Source of the DNA: Acidaminococcales bacterium
GTDB lineage: Bacteria; Bacillota; Negativicutes; Acidaminococcales; JAISLQ01
NCBI GenBank assembly: GCA_031551525.1
Contig: JAVBNN010000030.1
Location: 4,107-68,106 of the forward strand
Length of the DNA stretch: 64,000 bases
Reading direction: 5' to 3'
Of this stretch, positions 19,359-29,249 are shown one piece after another. The translations under genes and the position numbers were made by a program. The notes beneath the pieces are model-generated. The model saw nothing but the letters and a program-made list of their open reading frames with translations. It searched no databases and was not told the origin of the DNA. Positions within the stretch are counted from its first letter, which is position 1, and the number at the start of each line of letters is the position of its first letter.

Positions 19359-20524
19359 TGAACAGATATCAAGGTGCTTTTTGGAAAAATCCCATCGAAG
19401 CGATAGTGACCATCGTGGTAATATTGTTGGCGGTCGGCTGCATAAATGTTTTTAGCGCCAGCCAGGTAGCGGCGGAGGACATGTTCGGCAATAGCAAGCA
19501 TTATCTTTATCGATATGCGATGTTTGCTGTGGGCGGCCTTGTTGTCATGTGGGCGCTGTCTTTTGTGAACTACCGCTTTTGGCTGAAAAAACCGGATTTT
19601 TGGGCGGCCTTTACAGTATTGCTACTTGGACTCGTAATTTATAAAGGCGCGGTAGTAAAAGGTGCACAGCGCTGGATAGAAATAGCTGGTGGTGTGTCTT
19701 TCCAGCCGTCTGAAGCGGCAAAAATAGTAGTGATATTTATCTGCGCGGCGGCGATGGGCCGACGTATCGATTTGCGAAAAAAGGCCAATTTGTTTTCAGC
19801 CTCTTTTATCTGGGCGCTCATTATGGGTGTGCTTGTCTATATACAGCCGGATTTGGGTACGGCTGCCATTATAGTCGGCCTGTCCCTTGGGTTGCATTTT
19901 ATTTGTGGTTTGCCCAAGCAGCAATATTTACTGCTTTTTGGTGGAGTGCCGCTCTTGGCGGTTCTGCTGGCAACCCGCGCGGCCTATCGGGCTGAGCGTT
20001 TGCAGGCCTGGCTCGATCCCTGGTCGTATGCGGACCGGACGGGCTATCAGGCTGTGCAGTCCATGCTGGCCATCGGCAGCGGCGGCTGGTCGGGGGTGGG
20101 GCCGGGACAGGGCAGCAGCAAATTTCATTATCTGCCGGAAGCGCATACGGATTTTTCTTTTGCCGTCTTTTGTCAGGAGTGGGGTTTCATCGGGGCGGCG
20201 CTGGTTATCATATTATTCATGGCGCTCAGCTATATGTTATGGCGCGCGGCAGGCAATGTTCCTGACGGAGCGGGCTACGTCATAGTGACTGGCGCGAATG
20301 TTCTTTTGACCGGGCAGGCGGTGGCCAATATTGCGATGGTATGCGGATTGCTGCCGGTAATTGGCGTGCCGCTGCCCTTTATCAGTTATGGTGGAACATC
20401 ACTCCTGATAAATATGGCTATGCTGGGCATTGCGCTCAATGCTGCGCGGCAGGGACGGGAAAGAAGAGAAGTTCCCAAGAGCGGGGTGGAACCAAGACCA
20501 CATCTTCGTCTTGTGAAAGGATAG
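19358..20524 (+). CDS. ftsW: FtsW/RodA/SpoVE (SEDS) peptidoglycan glycosyltransferase
   Basis: GAQRWI, FQPSE, QPDLGT, GYQ, LPEAHTDF, LPFISYGGTS. Confidence 0.88.
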   Translation: MNRYQGAFWKNPIEAIVTIVVILLAVGCINVFSASQVAAEDMFGNSKHYLYRYAMFAVGGLVVMWALSFVNYRFWLKKPDFWAAFTVLLLGLVIYKGAVVKGAQRWIEIAGGVSFQPSEAAKIVVIFICAAAMGRRIDLRKKANLFSASFIWALIMGVLVYIQPDLGTAAIIVGLSLGLHFICGLPKQQYLLLFGGVPLLAVLLATRAAYRAERLQAWLDPWSYADRTGYQAVQSMLAIGSGGWSGVGPGQGSSKFHYLPEAHTDFSFAVFCQEWGFIGAALVIILFMALSYMLWRAAGNVPDGAGYVIVTGANVLLTGQAVANIAMVCGLLPVIGVPLPFISYGGTSLLINMAMLGIALNAARQGRERREVPKSGVEPRPHLRLVKG

Positions 20525-20527
20525 CCT

Positions 20528-22537
20528 ATGGGGTTGTTCAATGCATACAGACAAAATAAACGTGCGGGCTTCGTGCTGTTTATTCTCTTTTTGTTGTTTT
20601 GGGGTTGTATAGCCAGGTTGTTTTGGCTGCAGATAGTAGAAGGACAGGAGATGTCTTTGCGGGCGGCGGAAAATAAAAATATCATGCGTGAACTTCAATC
20701 TCCTCGCGGCAGCATCTTTGACCGGGACGGGCGGGAGCTCGCGGTCAGCCTTATCTCGCTTTCCTTGTATGTCGACCCGGCAGGAATGGATGACAGTAGA
20801 ATATTAAAACACGGCGCTGTGCAGCGTGACCCACGAAAACTGGCCGCCAGCCTGCTGGCCGAACCGCTCCGCAAAAGTGAACAAGAATTGTACGGCGCAT
20901 TTACCAGTGACAGCCGTTTTGTCTGGCTGGAGCGTACTATGGATAAAGACCGCACCGACAGAATAGAAAAAATCATAGCAGATAACAAGCTGAACGGTTT
21001 TGGCTTTATCAAAGAAAGCAAACGCTATTATCCAATGGGTAAATTAGCAGCGCAGATATTGGGCTTTGTTGGCACTGATGACCGGGGCCTCAGTGGCTTG
21101 GAGTTATATTTTGACTCAATGCTCAAAAGCGCGGTGGAACCTCAGCTAATAGAAACAGATATGGCTGGCCGCCCCATCTTTTCTTCGGTTTTGGAAAACA
21201 ACAAGGCCAAGAAGATGGCGGCGGTCTATCTGACCATAGACAACCGCATACAATTTGTTGCGGAAAAAGCACTAGACCGGGCCATGTCAGACACCGGCGC
21301 CAAAAGTGCGGCAGCCATAGTGTTGGACGTGAAGAGCGGCGAAGTCTTGGCGATGGTCTCTCGCCCTACTTTTGATCCTAACTATTTTTATAATTACCAG
21401 CCTGCGGACTGGAGCAATCGGGCAGTTTCTACTATTTATGAACCGGGCTCGACCTTCAAGCCGGTAGTCGCAGCAGCAGCGGTAAATGAGGGCGTTATCC
21501 AGCCCTATTCGTTGCTTAATGATTTCGGGCGGATAAAAGTAGACGACCGTGAAATAAAAAACTCGGAAGGTAAAGCGTACGGTAGCGTATCTTTCCTCAC
21601 GGTAATTACCAAGTCGCTCAATACCGGTATGGTAGAGGTTGGTTTGGCGATGGGGCCCGAGCGGATAAACCAATATTTAAAGGCGTTTGGTTTTGGCAGC
21701 TATACCGGCATCGAGCTGCCCGGTGAAGAAGAAGGAATTTTGTTTAAAACAAAAGAAATGCGCCAGATAGACTTGGCCAGTACATCTATCGGCCAGGGCA
21801 TAGCGGTCACACCCCTTCAATTGGTGCGGGCGATCGGCGCTATTGCCAATGGCGGCAACCTCTTGCATCCGTATATTGTGGAAAAGGTTATGCACTCTGA
21901 CGGTACTGTTGTGAATACTGGCGGCAAGGACAAGCCGCAGCGGGTGATAAGCGAGGATACCAGCAAAAAAATTCTCGACATGATGGAAAACGTAGTAAAA
22001 GAAGGCGGCGGGGCACCGGCCGCCATACCCGGATACCGGGTAGCCGGCAAAACCGGTACGGCGGAAAAGCTAAAAGAAGGCGGCGGATACGCCACTGGTG
22101 AATATATAGCATCTTTTATCGGCGTGGCGCCGGTGGAAGCTCCCCGTTTTGTGGTACTGGTACTGGTCGACACTCCTGAACATGTCTATTATGGCAGCCA
22201 GGTAGCCGCTCCGGTATTTAAGGAAATCATGCAGCAGGCGCTGGTTATAAAGGGGATAGAACCAAGCAGCGCTTTGGCGCTGCCGGTAGTGGGGCCCGGT
22301 TCGGGACAAACGGCGCCGGTAAAAAACGAAAAGGACAAAACGGCCTCTGCCCGGCTATCATCAGGCCAGACCGCTGTGCCGGATCTTAAAGGCTATACCA
22401 TGCGCGTTTGCGCCAAGCTGCTACAACAAAACAGCCTTTCTCTTACGCCCGAGGGCAGCGGCAGGGCCGTGCGCCAGCAGCCGTCTGCCGGCTCTCCGGT
22501 AAAGGTAGGCAGCGAGGTGATGGTGTGGTTTGAATAA
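20528..22537 (+). CDS. class B penicillin-binding protein (FtsI/SpoVD-like) with PASTA domain
   Basis: RGSIFDRDG, GLSGLE, EPGSTFK (SxxK), SLN, AGKTGTA, C-terminal VPDLKG PASTA. Confidence 0.92.
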   Translation: MGLFNAYRQNKRAGFVLFILFLLFWGCIARLFWLQIVEGQEMSLRAAENKNIMRELQSPRGSIFDRDGRELAVSLISLSLYVDPAGMDDSRILKHGAVQRDPRKLAASLLAEPLRKSEQELYGAFTSDSRFVWLERTMDKDRTDRIEKIIADNKLNGFGFIKESKRYYPMGKLAAQILGFVGTDDRGLSGLELYFDSMLKSAVEPQLIETDMAGRPIFSSVLENNKAKKMAAVYLTIDNRIQFVAEKALDRAMSDTGAKSAAAIVLDVKSGEVLAMVSRPTFDPNYFYNYQPADWSNRAVSTIYEPGSTFKPVVAAAAVNEGVIQPYSLLNDFGRIKVDDREIKNSEGKAYGSVSFLTVITKSLNTGMVEVGLAMGPERINQYLKAFGFGSYTGIELPGEEEGILFKTKEMRQIDLASTSIGQGIAVTPLQLVRAIGAIANGGNLLHPYIVEKVMHSDGTVVNTGGKDKPQRVISEDTSKKILDMMENVVKEGGGAPAAIPGYRVAGKTGTAEKLKEGGGYATGEYIASFIGVAPVEAPRFVVLVLVDTPEHVYYGSQVAAPVFKEIMQQALVIKGIEPSSALALPVVGPGSGQTAPVKNEKDKTASARLSSGQTAVPDLKGYTMRVCAKLLQQNSLSLTPEGSGRAVRQQPSAGSPVKVGSEVMVWFE

Positions 22538-22586
22538 AAAAGAGAACGCATCACTGAGTAAAAGAGGCTTAATTGTGCAGATAAGC

Positions 22587-22611
22587 AGGAGAAAAACAAG
22601 TCAGCAAGAAT
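22587..22611 (+). promoter_or_regulatory. sigmaH-like promoter of folD
   Basis: GCAGGA-N17-GAAT. Confidence 0.5.
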
Positions 22612-22664
22612 ATTAATGTACATGTAGAAATATTTGTCGCTGGAACATTTCAGGAGGGATACAA

Positions 22665-23492
22665 GTGCAACAGCTCATACTGGCTGCCAAACCGGTAGTA
22701 GAAAGACTGCGCGGCCAATTGGAAGAGAAAGTGCAAGGCTATAGACAGCCTGTAGTATTGGCGATAGTGCTGGTTGGCGAAGACGTAGCTTCACATGTGT
22801 ATAAAAACCAACTGGTGAAATTGGCGGAAAAATTGGGAGCAATGACCGACGTGCGCTGTTTGCCGCAGGAAGCGGAAACCGGGGCCGTATTGTCTCTTAT
22901 AAGAGAACTTAATGAAAACGGGAACATCACCGGCATATTGACCATGATGCCGTTGCCCCGGCAGGTAGACGGCATAGAAGTCGGTAAAGCCATACAACCG
23001 GACAAAGATGTTGACTGCCAAAACCCCTTAAATGCGGGACTCCTTTATATGGGACGCAATCCTTGGGCGCCCTGCACGCCAAGGGCGGTTATGGAGACGC
23101 TCCGCCATTATGGCATCCCTGTGGCCGGCAGGCACGCGGCGGTCATCGGTCGCAGCAATGTTGTCGGCAAACCATTGGCCAACCTCCTTTTGGCGGAAAA
23201 TGCCACAGTTACTGTCTGCCACAGCAAGACTAGCGATCTTGCCAAAATAACCCGCCAGGCGGATATAGTAGTGGCTGGTGTAGGTGTGCCGGGTTTTGTG
23301 CAGGCTGATATGCTGAAAGAAGGCGCGGTGCTTATCGATGTGGGTATAAACCAGATGGATGCGGGTATCGTAGGAGACGCCTCGCCGGAGGCTTGCCAAA
23401 AGGCAGGAGCTTACACCCCGGTGCCGGGCGGTATAGGTTCGATCAGTTCTATGATGGTGATGGAGACCCTGCTACGCAATATTAAATCGTAA
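22665..23492 (+). CDS. folD: methylenetetrahydrofolate dehydrogenase (FolD family, probably monofunctional)
   Basis: KDVD, PCTP, IGRSNVVGKP, TVCHSKT, IDVGIN, TPVPGGIG; YxxxK and GILVQLPLP motifs altered. Confidence 0.88.
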   Translation: MQQLILAAKPVVERLRGQLEEKVQGYRQPVVLAIVLVGEDVASHVYKNQLVKLAEKLGAMTDVRCLPQEAETGAVLSLIRELNENGNITGILTMMPLPRQVDGIEVGKAIQPDKDVDCQNPLNAGLLYMGRNPWAPCTPRAVMETLRHYGIPVAGRHAAVIGRSNVVGKPLANLLLAENATVTVCHSKTSDLAKITRQADIVVAGVGVPGFVQADMLKEGAVLIDVGINQMDAGIVGDASPEACQKAGAYTPVPGGIGSISSMMVMETLLRNIKS

Positions 23493-23529
23493 CAGGACAG
23501 GTCTAATAACAGGATAGCGGGGTATTGTT

Positions 23530-24321
23530 ATGGAATGGCATGAGGACAAAAACTGGGACGCGTTTAAAGAAAAATGGTTTAAAAAGACGGGAATAGATCT
23601 TAACCTTTACAAACCGGCGCAAATGCACCGGCGTATCAACAACTTTATCGACCGGAACAACGGTAAAAATTACGACAATTTTTTGTCCATGCTGGATGCC
23701 GATAAAAAACTTTACCATGAATTTATCGAGCATTTGACCATCAATGTTACGGAATTTTTCCGGACGCCGGAAAAATTCAACGAACTGGAAAACGTAGTCA
23801 TACCGGAACTACTGGCTAAATCGCCCAAGCTTAATATATGGAGCGCAGGCTGTTCCATCGGCGCCGAGCCTTATTCTTTGGCGATGATGCTGAGTGAAAC
23901 CGCGCCGGGAAAAAATCATCGCATATTGGCGACTGATCTCGACCTGGAAATACTGAAAAAAGCCAAGGGCGGCGGCCCCTATCTGCTGAATGAAATCAAA
24001 AACATTCCGTCCGCGCGGATGCAAAAGTATTTTCGCAAAGACAACGATAGCTATCGCGTAGTCGACGAAATAAGAAACAAAGTGGAATTCAAACAGCATA
24101 ACCTCCTGAAAGACCGCTTTGAAACAGGCTTTGACCTGATACTGTGCCGCAATGTGGTCATATATTTCACCGAAGAAGCGAAGGACAAGCTGTACAGAAA
24201 TTTCTACGCTTCGCTCAAGCCCGGCGGTATTCTTTTTGTCGGCGGTACCGAGGCGATAATGAATTTTCGTGATATGGGTTACCAGCAAATACGACCGTTT
24301 TTTTACCAGAGAAATGCCTGA
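23530..24321 (+). CDS. cheR: chemotaxis methyltransferase CheR
   Basis: TINVTEFFR, IWSAGCSIGAEPYSLAM, ILATD, HNLL, ILCRNVVIYF. Confidence 0.95.
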   Translation: MEWHEDKNWDAFKEKWFKKTGIDLNLYKPAQMHRRINNFIDRNNGKNYDNFLSMLDADKKLYHEFIEHLTINVTEFFRTPEKFNELENVVIPELLAKSPKLNIWSAGCSIGAEPYSLAMMLSETAPGKNHRILATDLDLEILKKAKGGGPYLLNEIKNIPSARMQKYFRKDNDSYRVVDEIRNKVEFKQHNLLKDRFETGFDLILCRNVVIYFTEEAKDKLYRNFYASLKPGGILFVGGTEAIMNFRDMGYQQIRPFFYQRNA

Positions 24322-24374
24322 AAAACGAAGCGTGCGGTTTGTACTTTCCCGGCACCGCCGGATAGTATGCGCTA

Positions 24375-24403
24375 TTGCTTAAAAAGCGACCGGGCAGTAT
24401 AAT
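24375..24403 (+). promoter_or_regulatory. sigmaA-type promoter of the CDF transporter
   Basis: TTGCTT-N17-TATAAT. Confidence 0.65.
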
Positions 24404-24410
24404 AAAAGTG

Positions 24411-24438
24411 CGGGAAATTAATCAAAATTAATTTCCCG
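24411..24438. repeat. perfect 12-4-12 inverted repeat (operator or terminator)
   Basis: CGGGAAATTAAT-CAAA-ATTAATTTCCCG followed by TTTTT. Confidence 0.7.
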
Positions 24439-24466
24439 TTTTTAGTTTAAAAGGGAGGCGGCAGCT

Positions 24467-25333
24467 TTGGCGGAAGTAAAAAATGTGCTTAAATGGATTT
24501 TGGTTGCCAATATCCTGGTCGCCGCGCTCAAAATACTGTTTGGCAATATTATAGCTAGTACCAGCATGGTCGCAGATGGTTTTCACTCCATGACTGACGG
24601 CATGTCCAATGTGGCCGGTCTAGTAGGGATTTGGCTGGCTGGCCGTCCCAGGGATAAAAACCACCCATACGGACATAAAAGATATGAAAACATGACCAGC
24701 CTATGTATCGGCGGAGTATTGCTGTTTTTTGCCATCCGGGTGGCAGCGGAAGCCGCGGAAAAAATACAGCACCCGGGCAGTCCGCAAATAACACTGGAAA
24801 GCCTTATGGTGCTCTTGTTTACCTTGGTAGTGAACATTTTCATCGCCTCTTATGAGTATAAAAAAGGACAACAACTATCTAGCGATATACTGATAGCGGA
24901 TTCCCTGCATACCCGCAGCGATATTTTTGTTACCTGCGGCGTTTTGGGCGCTTTAGTGGCCATCCATTACGGAGCGCCGCCTCTGGTCGACCCACTGGTA
25001 TCGCTTGTGGTAGTATTGTTTATACTACACGCAGCATGGAGTATCCTTAAAAAAACCGGCGAAGTTTTGGTAGACCATGCGGCAGTGGATGATGATCTGG
25101 TCAAAGAGACAGCACGGTGTTTTCCCGCGGTGCTGGATGTCCATAAGGTGAGGAGCCGCAGCTCAGGCGGGAATATTTATGTGGATATGCATATAATAAT
25201 TGCTCCGGAAATGAGCGTGGAAGACGCGCATAAACTGGCACACGATATTGAAGAACGACTGAAAAGCGACATATCGGCTGACCTTGAAGTACTGATACAT
25301 CCCGAACCAGCCCGCGACGAGAAAATACTATGA
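24467..25333 (+). CDS. cation diffusion facilitator family transporter
   Basis: ADGFHSMTD, HPYGHKRYE, ADSLHTRSD, VDMHI...AH..AH, IHPEP. Confidence 0.93.
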   Translation: MAEVKNVLKWILVANILVAALKILFGNIIASTSMVADGFHSMTDGMSNVAGLVGIWLAGRPRDKNHPYGHKRYENMTSLCIGGVLLFFAIRVAAEAAEKIQHPGSPQITLESLMVLLFTLVVNIFIASYEYKKGQQLSSDILIADSLHTRSDIFVTCGVLGALVAIHYGAPPLVDPLVSLVVVLFILHAAWSILKKTGEVLVDHAAVDDDLVKETARCFPAVLDVHKVRSRSSGGNIYVDMHIIIAPEMSVEDAHKLAHDIEERLKSDISADLEVLIHPEPARDEKIL

Positions 25334-25465
25334 TGCGGTATGATTTTTGTGCAGAAAAAATAGCAAGACAAGTTATTTATATACACAAACAGTTATTTTT
25401 TTGTATAATTAGTATAAAGTTAGAAAAGTATCAAGTGTAAAATGTAAATTGGGAGGTTTTGCGCT

Positions 25466-27463
25466 TTGGGTATAGTAAAAAAGATGATGATGTTTATTTT
25501 TTTACCGGCGATCATAGGTGTCGCTGTTCTCGGGTTTTCGTCCTACTGGCTGGCGAAGGACGCTATGATGGTCGCCGGACGGGAAAAAATCGAGTTTAAT
25601 ACAAAAGACAGTGTTTCTCGGATCGGCGGGCGGATCTCCGGCATGGAAAGCACGGTTATGGGTCTGCATGATTTTCTGGCGGCATCGCCTAATGTCGATA
25701 AAACGATACTCAAAGGCATGCTTGATGCTGTTGCGGTAAGGACAAAAATGCTGTCCGCGTATGTTGGTTTTGCGGATAAAGTAACAGTCGTCAGCGGCAC
25801 TACGCCGCTTCCGCCAGGGTATGACCCAACCAGCCGCGGCTGGTATAAAGCCGCGGCCCAGCTTAAAGACGGCGAACTGGCCTATTCGGATGCATATGAA
25901 GATGCTTTTACCAAGGAAATAGTTATAACTGTTTCTACTCCGATTTTTTCCGGTGGTAAACTGGCCGGAGTCGCGGCGCTGGATGTCAGCCTGGCCGATC
26001 TTCGCGACCTCACGGCTTCTTTTAAGGCCAGTGAAAACGGTTATGCCGCTTTACTCGACACCAGCGGACATTTTGTTTACCATCCCAAATTCAAAGCTAC
26101 GGAAAAAATGACCGAAGTAGACGGCGGTATTTTTAAAGAATTATATGGCAAAATGTCTGCTACCGATAAGTTGCTGGTTCAAACATCGAGCGCCACCGGC
26201 CAGGAGCGTATGTATTTCTCCTGCCGGGTGCCCAATATAAAATGGACGCTTTTCCTGGCCGTGCCGGTGACAGATTTTCTCGGTCCCATAGCATCTATCC
26301 GCGATTCCAGTATCGTGATCGTGGTTCTCTTGGGGCTGGTGTTGTCTGCGTTTATCATCATGTTTGCCCGTAGGACGAAAAAGACGGTTTCCACTTTGGT
26401 AGAGCAGGCTAACGCGATCGCGGACGGTGATTTGCGGGCGGTCGGCAATGCTCCGGTGACGGCGCAAAGAGCATCTAATGATGAATTTGCTCAGATGCAT
26501 GCAGCGTTTACTGCTATGGGCGCCAGCCTGAGCAAACTAGTTGCCGAAACCAAGGAAACGGCCGGCAAGCTGGTGGAATCGAGCGGACAGGTCAACGCCG
26601 GCACCGGGCAAATGACTGACGCGGCACAGCATGTAACGGAAATAACAGTCGACATAGCGGAAAAATCCCAAGTACAAAATGACGAAGTAGATATAACGAA
26701 AAAAGAAATAGATACCATCAGCAAAGCTATTATGCTGGTGAAAAGCGACAGCGGAGCCGCAGTAGAGGTCGCCGACCAGAGCTCTCATACTGTGGAAGAG
26801 GGTAGAAAAGCCTTGCAGGCGCTGGTGGATAAAGTGCATAACATCGGCGAGGCGACCGGTGAAGTGGAAACGGTGATCATGCGTATTGCCGAAGGTTCGG
26901 AAAAAGTAAAACATATCATCGAAATGGTCATGCAGATAGCTGGGCAGACCAATCTTCTGGCACTCAATGCGGCGATCGAGGCGGCGCGTGCTGGAGAGCA
27001 CGGGCGGGGCTTTGCCGTAGTGGCCGAAGAGGTACGCAAACTAGCCGAACAGTCGGAAAAAGCAGCGCAGGAAGTTTCGCAGCTGATCAATAACAATAAC
27101 GAAGATATTGCTGCGGCTGTGGCTTCTATCAGTAAGGCCAGGCCGGAAGCCGAAGCCGGGATGGCGGTGGCGACAGATGCGGACTCCCACTTTGAACAGA
27201 TAAAACTGGCTATCGCCGATATTGTGAAAAAGATTCGCGAAGTAGACCAGGTAGCAAGCCAGTTGGATCGTAATAAAGAAGTAATAAAAACGGCGATAGA
27301 TAAAGTAGCCGAATCCAGCAATACGATAGCCAAAGGAACCATGGGCGTGTCGGCGGCGGCAGAGGAACAGCTGGCTTCTGTGGAAGAAATCGCGGCTTCC
27401 AACCGTACGCTTAACGAAATGGCTGAAAGCATGCGCCATAGCGTGGAACGTTTTAAGATCTAA
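25466..27463 (+). CDS. methyl-accepting chemotaxis protein (dCache, HAMP)
   Basis: two TMs; [16 protein letters not shown] (dCache); [38 protein letters not shown]. Confidence 0.96.
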   Translation: MGIVKKMMMFIFLPAIIGVAVLGFSSYWLAKDAMMVAGREKIEFNTKDSVSRIGGRISGMESTVMGLHDFLAASPNVDKTILKGMLDAVAVRTKMLSAYVGFADKVTVVSGTTPLPPGYDPTSRGWYKAAAQLKDGELAYSDAYEDAFTKEIVITVSTPIFSGGKLAGVAALDVSLADLRDLTASFKASENGYAALLDTSGHFVYHPKFKATEKMTEVDGGIFKELYGKMSATDKLLVQTSSATGQERMYFSCRVPNIKWTLFLAVPVTDFLGPIASIRDSSIVIVVLLGLVLSAFIIMFARRTKKTVSTLVEQANAIADGDLRAVGNAPVTAQRASNDEFAQMHAAFTAMGASLSKLVAETKETAGKLVESSGQVNAGTGQMTDAAQHVTEITVDIAEKSQVQNDEVDITKKEIDTISKAIMLVKSDSGAAVEVADQSSHTVEEGRKALQALVDKVHNIGEATGEVETVIMRIAEGSEKVKHIIEMVMQIAGQTNLLALNAAIEAARAGEHGRGFAVVAEEVRKLAEQSEKAAQEVSQLINNNNEDIAAAVASISKARPEAEAGMAVATDADSHFEQIKLAIADIVKKIREVDQVASQLDRNKEVIKTAIDKVAESSNTIAKGTMGVSAAAEEQLASVEEIAASNRTLNEMAESMRHSVERFKI

Positions 27464-27464
27464 T

Positions 27465-27497
27465 AAATACTCCCTGGCCGAAGGCCAGGGAGTATTT
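27465..27497. terminator. bidirectional intrinsic terminator
   Basis: AAATACTCCCTGGCC-GAA-GGCCAGGGAGTATTT. Confidence 0.85.
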
Positions 27498-28834
27498 TAG
27501 TTATTGAGTAGCACCCAGGTCAAAAGCTGGTTTATCTTGTTTATGAAAAAATTAGGCGTTGGCAGCAGTTTTGTCAGATACAACATTTCCAGAAGGCAGA
27601 CGCCCAGATAGCTGATGATTATGATGCGGGCGTATATCCGCCGCTGACGTTGGATAAGTGATATCTTGTCTACCAACAGGTATTTTTGCATACCGATTTT
27701 TACCAGGAGAGAGCGTATCTTATCGAGTAAGGCTACAGGTATATTGGTCAGTTCCCTGGTTTGGAGGGCGATTATCCATTCGCGCAGGAGTGGCAGAAAT
27801 ACCTGGTCGCGCGCGACTTCTGCCTTAAGTATATCTATGTCACCCTGTCGGGAAGCCCAAACACGGCGCATAGGCATCAAAACGATGCGGAACATGATGA
27901 GCGGGATGAATACTATAAAGGTATTGTATAGCAGGATAAAGGGTATAGAAAACAAATTGTCAAAATTTATCGGCTGCAGGTTTACATAAGCCATGCCGAA
28001 CGGCACGAGGAAACCAACCAAGAGAAAAGAAGTGGATACGGCAAAAGACCACTCCAGCCAACTGCTCAAAAGGGAACGTTTGCCATAGGCGCTTGCCCGT
28101 TGCAGTTCCAGGTCGGTATTTTTATAGACAGAGGCCGGCATGCGGTATATATATAGTCGCAAAAACGCGGTAGTGTAGCCGCTGATCTCTGCGCCGAATA
28201 TTATGTGGTTTTGTATGTAGCGCCAGCCTTTGGCGCGTGAATTGTCACAGGATGGAAACATATGGGCCAGCCATTTCGACGAGGGCTCAAAGCTATTATC
28301 TGTCTTTTTAAAATAGTTTTGTAGCCAGGGTCGGAAATCTATATAAATCATCTTATCTTGCAAATAAAAACGCGCTTTCTGTTTTTCACCGTACTGGAAA
28401 AGGCTACTGAAAAAACCTATCAGTCGGATGATGTTTTCGCCGCACCACCGTTGTAGGGCTTTGGGCAAAAGCGAAATAATGTGTATATTTATATCTGTCA
28501 ATTCGAGGACAGCAGTGCTGGTCCAGTTGTCGTGCCACACGTCGACCAGGCGGGTCTTGCTGACAAAACTCAAAGGGCTGAGGAAAGACTCCAGCTCTAT
28601 GCGGGCATACATAAGCTGTTCGTCAGGCAGTAACTGTATATCGATATTTTTCACGAACGCTTCGGCAGGCCGGAGCATATCGACAAACAGCTGGTTTATT
28701 TCCTGAGAGGTGAAATCCTGAAAACGGTATAGTGTTTGAGGAGCGGCTTTTTCCCCCTCGTCCAAATTTTTTTTGGGCAGTTTTTCGGCTTCGGAAGAAC
28801 CGAACAAATCGTGCAGTTTGTCTAGTATGTTCAT
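27497..28834 (-). CDS. hypothetical membrane protein
   Basis: 445-aa ORF with RBS AAAGGA; three hydrophobic segments in the C-terminal half; no family recognised. Confidence 0.7.
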   Translation of the reverse strand: MNILDKLHDLFGSSEAEKLPKKNLDEGEKAAPQTLYRFQDFTSQEINQLFVDMLRPAEAFVKNIDIQLLPDEQLMYARIELESFLSPLSFVSKTRLVDVWHDNWTSTAVLELTDINIHIISLLPKALQRWCGENIIRLIGFFSSLFQYGEKQKARFYLQDKMIYIDFRPWLQNYFKKTDNSFEPSSKWLAHMFPSCDNSRAKGWRYIQNHIIFGAEISGYTTAFLRLYIYRMPASVYKNTDLELQRASAYGKRSLLSSWLEWSFAVSTSFLLVGFLVPFGMAYVNLQPINFDNLFSIPFILLYNTFIVFIPLIMFRIVLMPMRRVWASRQGDIDILKAEVARDQVFLPLLREWIIALQTRELTNIPVALLDKIRSLLVKIGMQKYLLVDKISLIQRQRRIYARIIIISYLGVCLLEMLYLTKLLPTPNFFINKINQLLTWVLLNN

Positions 28835-28933
28835 TTAACAGCTATCCTTTCGGCGTGTTAAAAAATTTATAAAATACATAATCTAATTTTAACATAAAAT
28901 CAGAGAAGTTTTTGCTATCGAAAAACTTTTAGA

Positions 28934-28958
28934 AGGAAAAAAAGCATTATAGGCGAAT
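28934..28958 (+). promoter_or_regulatory. sigmaH-like promoter upstream of the glycine riboswitch
   Basis: GAAGGA-N17-GAAT. Confidence 0.5.
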
Positions 28959-28994
28959 TAAAGACAATAAAAAGATTTTTAAAACAAAATATGC

Positions 28995-29166
28995 GCGGGA
29001 ATGAAGGTGGAGGGAGAGACCGCAGCGCGCGGCGCCGAAGGAGCAAGAACTTTGTCCAAACTCTCAGGTAAAAGAACCTCTATCAGACCAAACTCTGGAG
29101 AGTACGCTCAACAGCGTCGCCGAAGGGGAGCCACAGGCAAATCTCTCAGGTAACCAAGACAGAGAC
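28995..29166 (+). ncRNA. tandem glycine riboswitch
   Basis: two aptamers, each GGAGAG...CCGAAGG...CTCTCAGGT, upstream of gcvT. Confidence 0.95.
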
Positions 29167-29200
29167 AAAGAGAATAATATTATTTTGCTTTGTCTTTTTT
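29162..29200 (+). terminator. riboswitch expression-platform terminator
   Basis: AGACAAAG...AATAATATTATT...CTTTGTCT-TTTTT overlapping the end of aptamer 2. Confidence 0.7.
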
Positions 29201-29249
29201 GTTTTACGGATCGGTCAATGAGAAAAATAGTTATGAGGAGGGTATTTAC

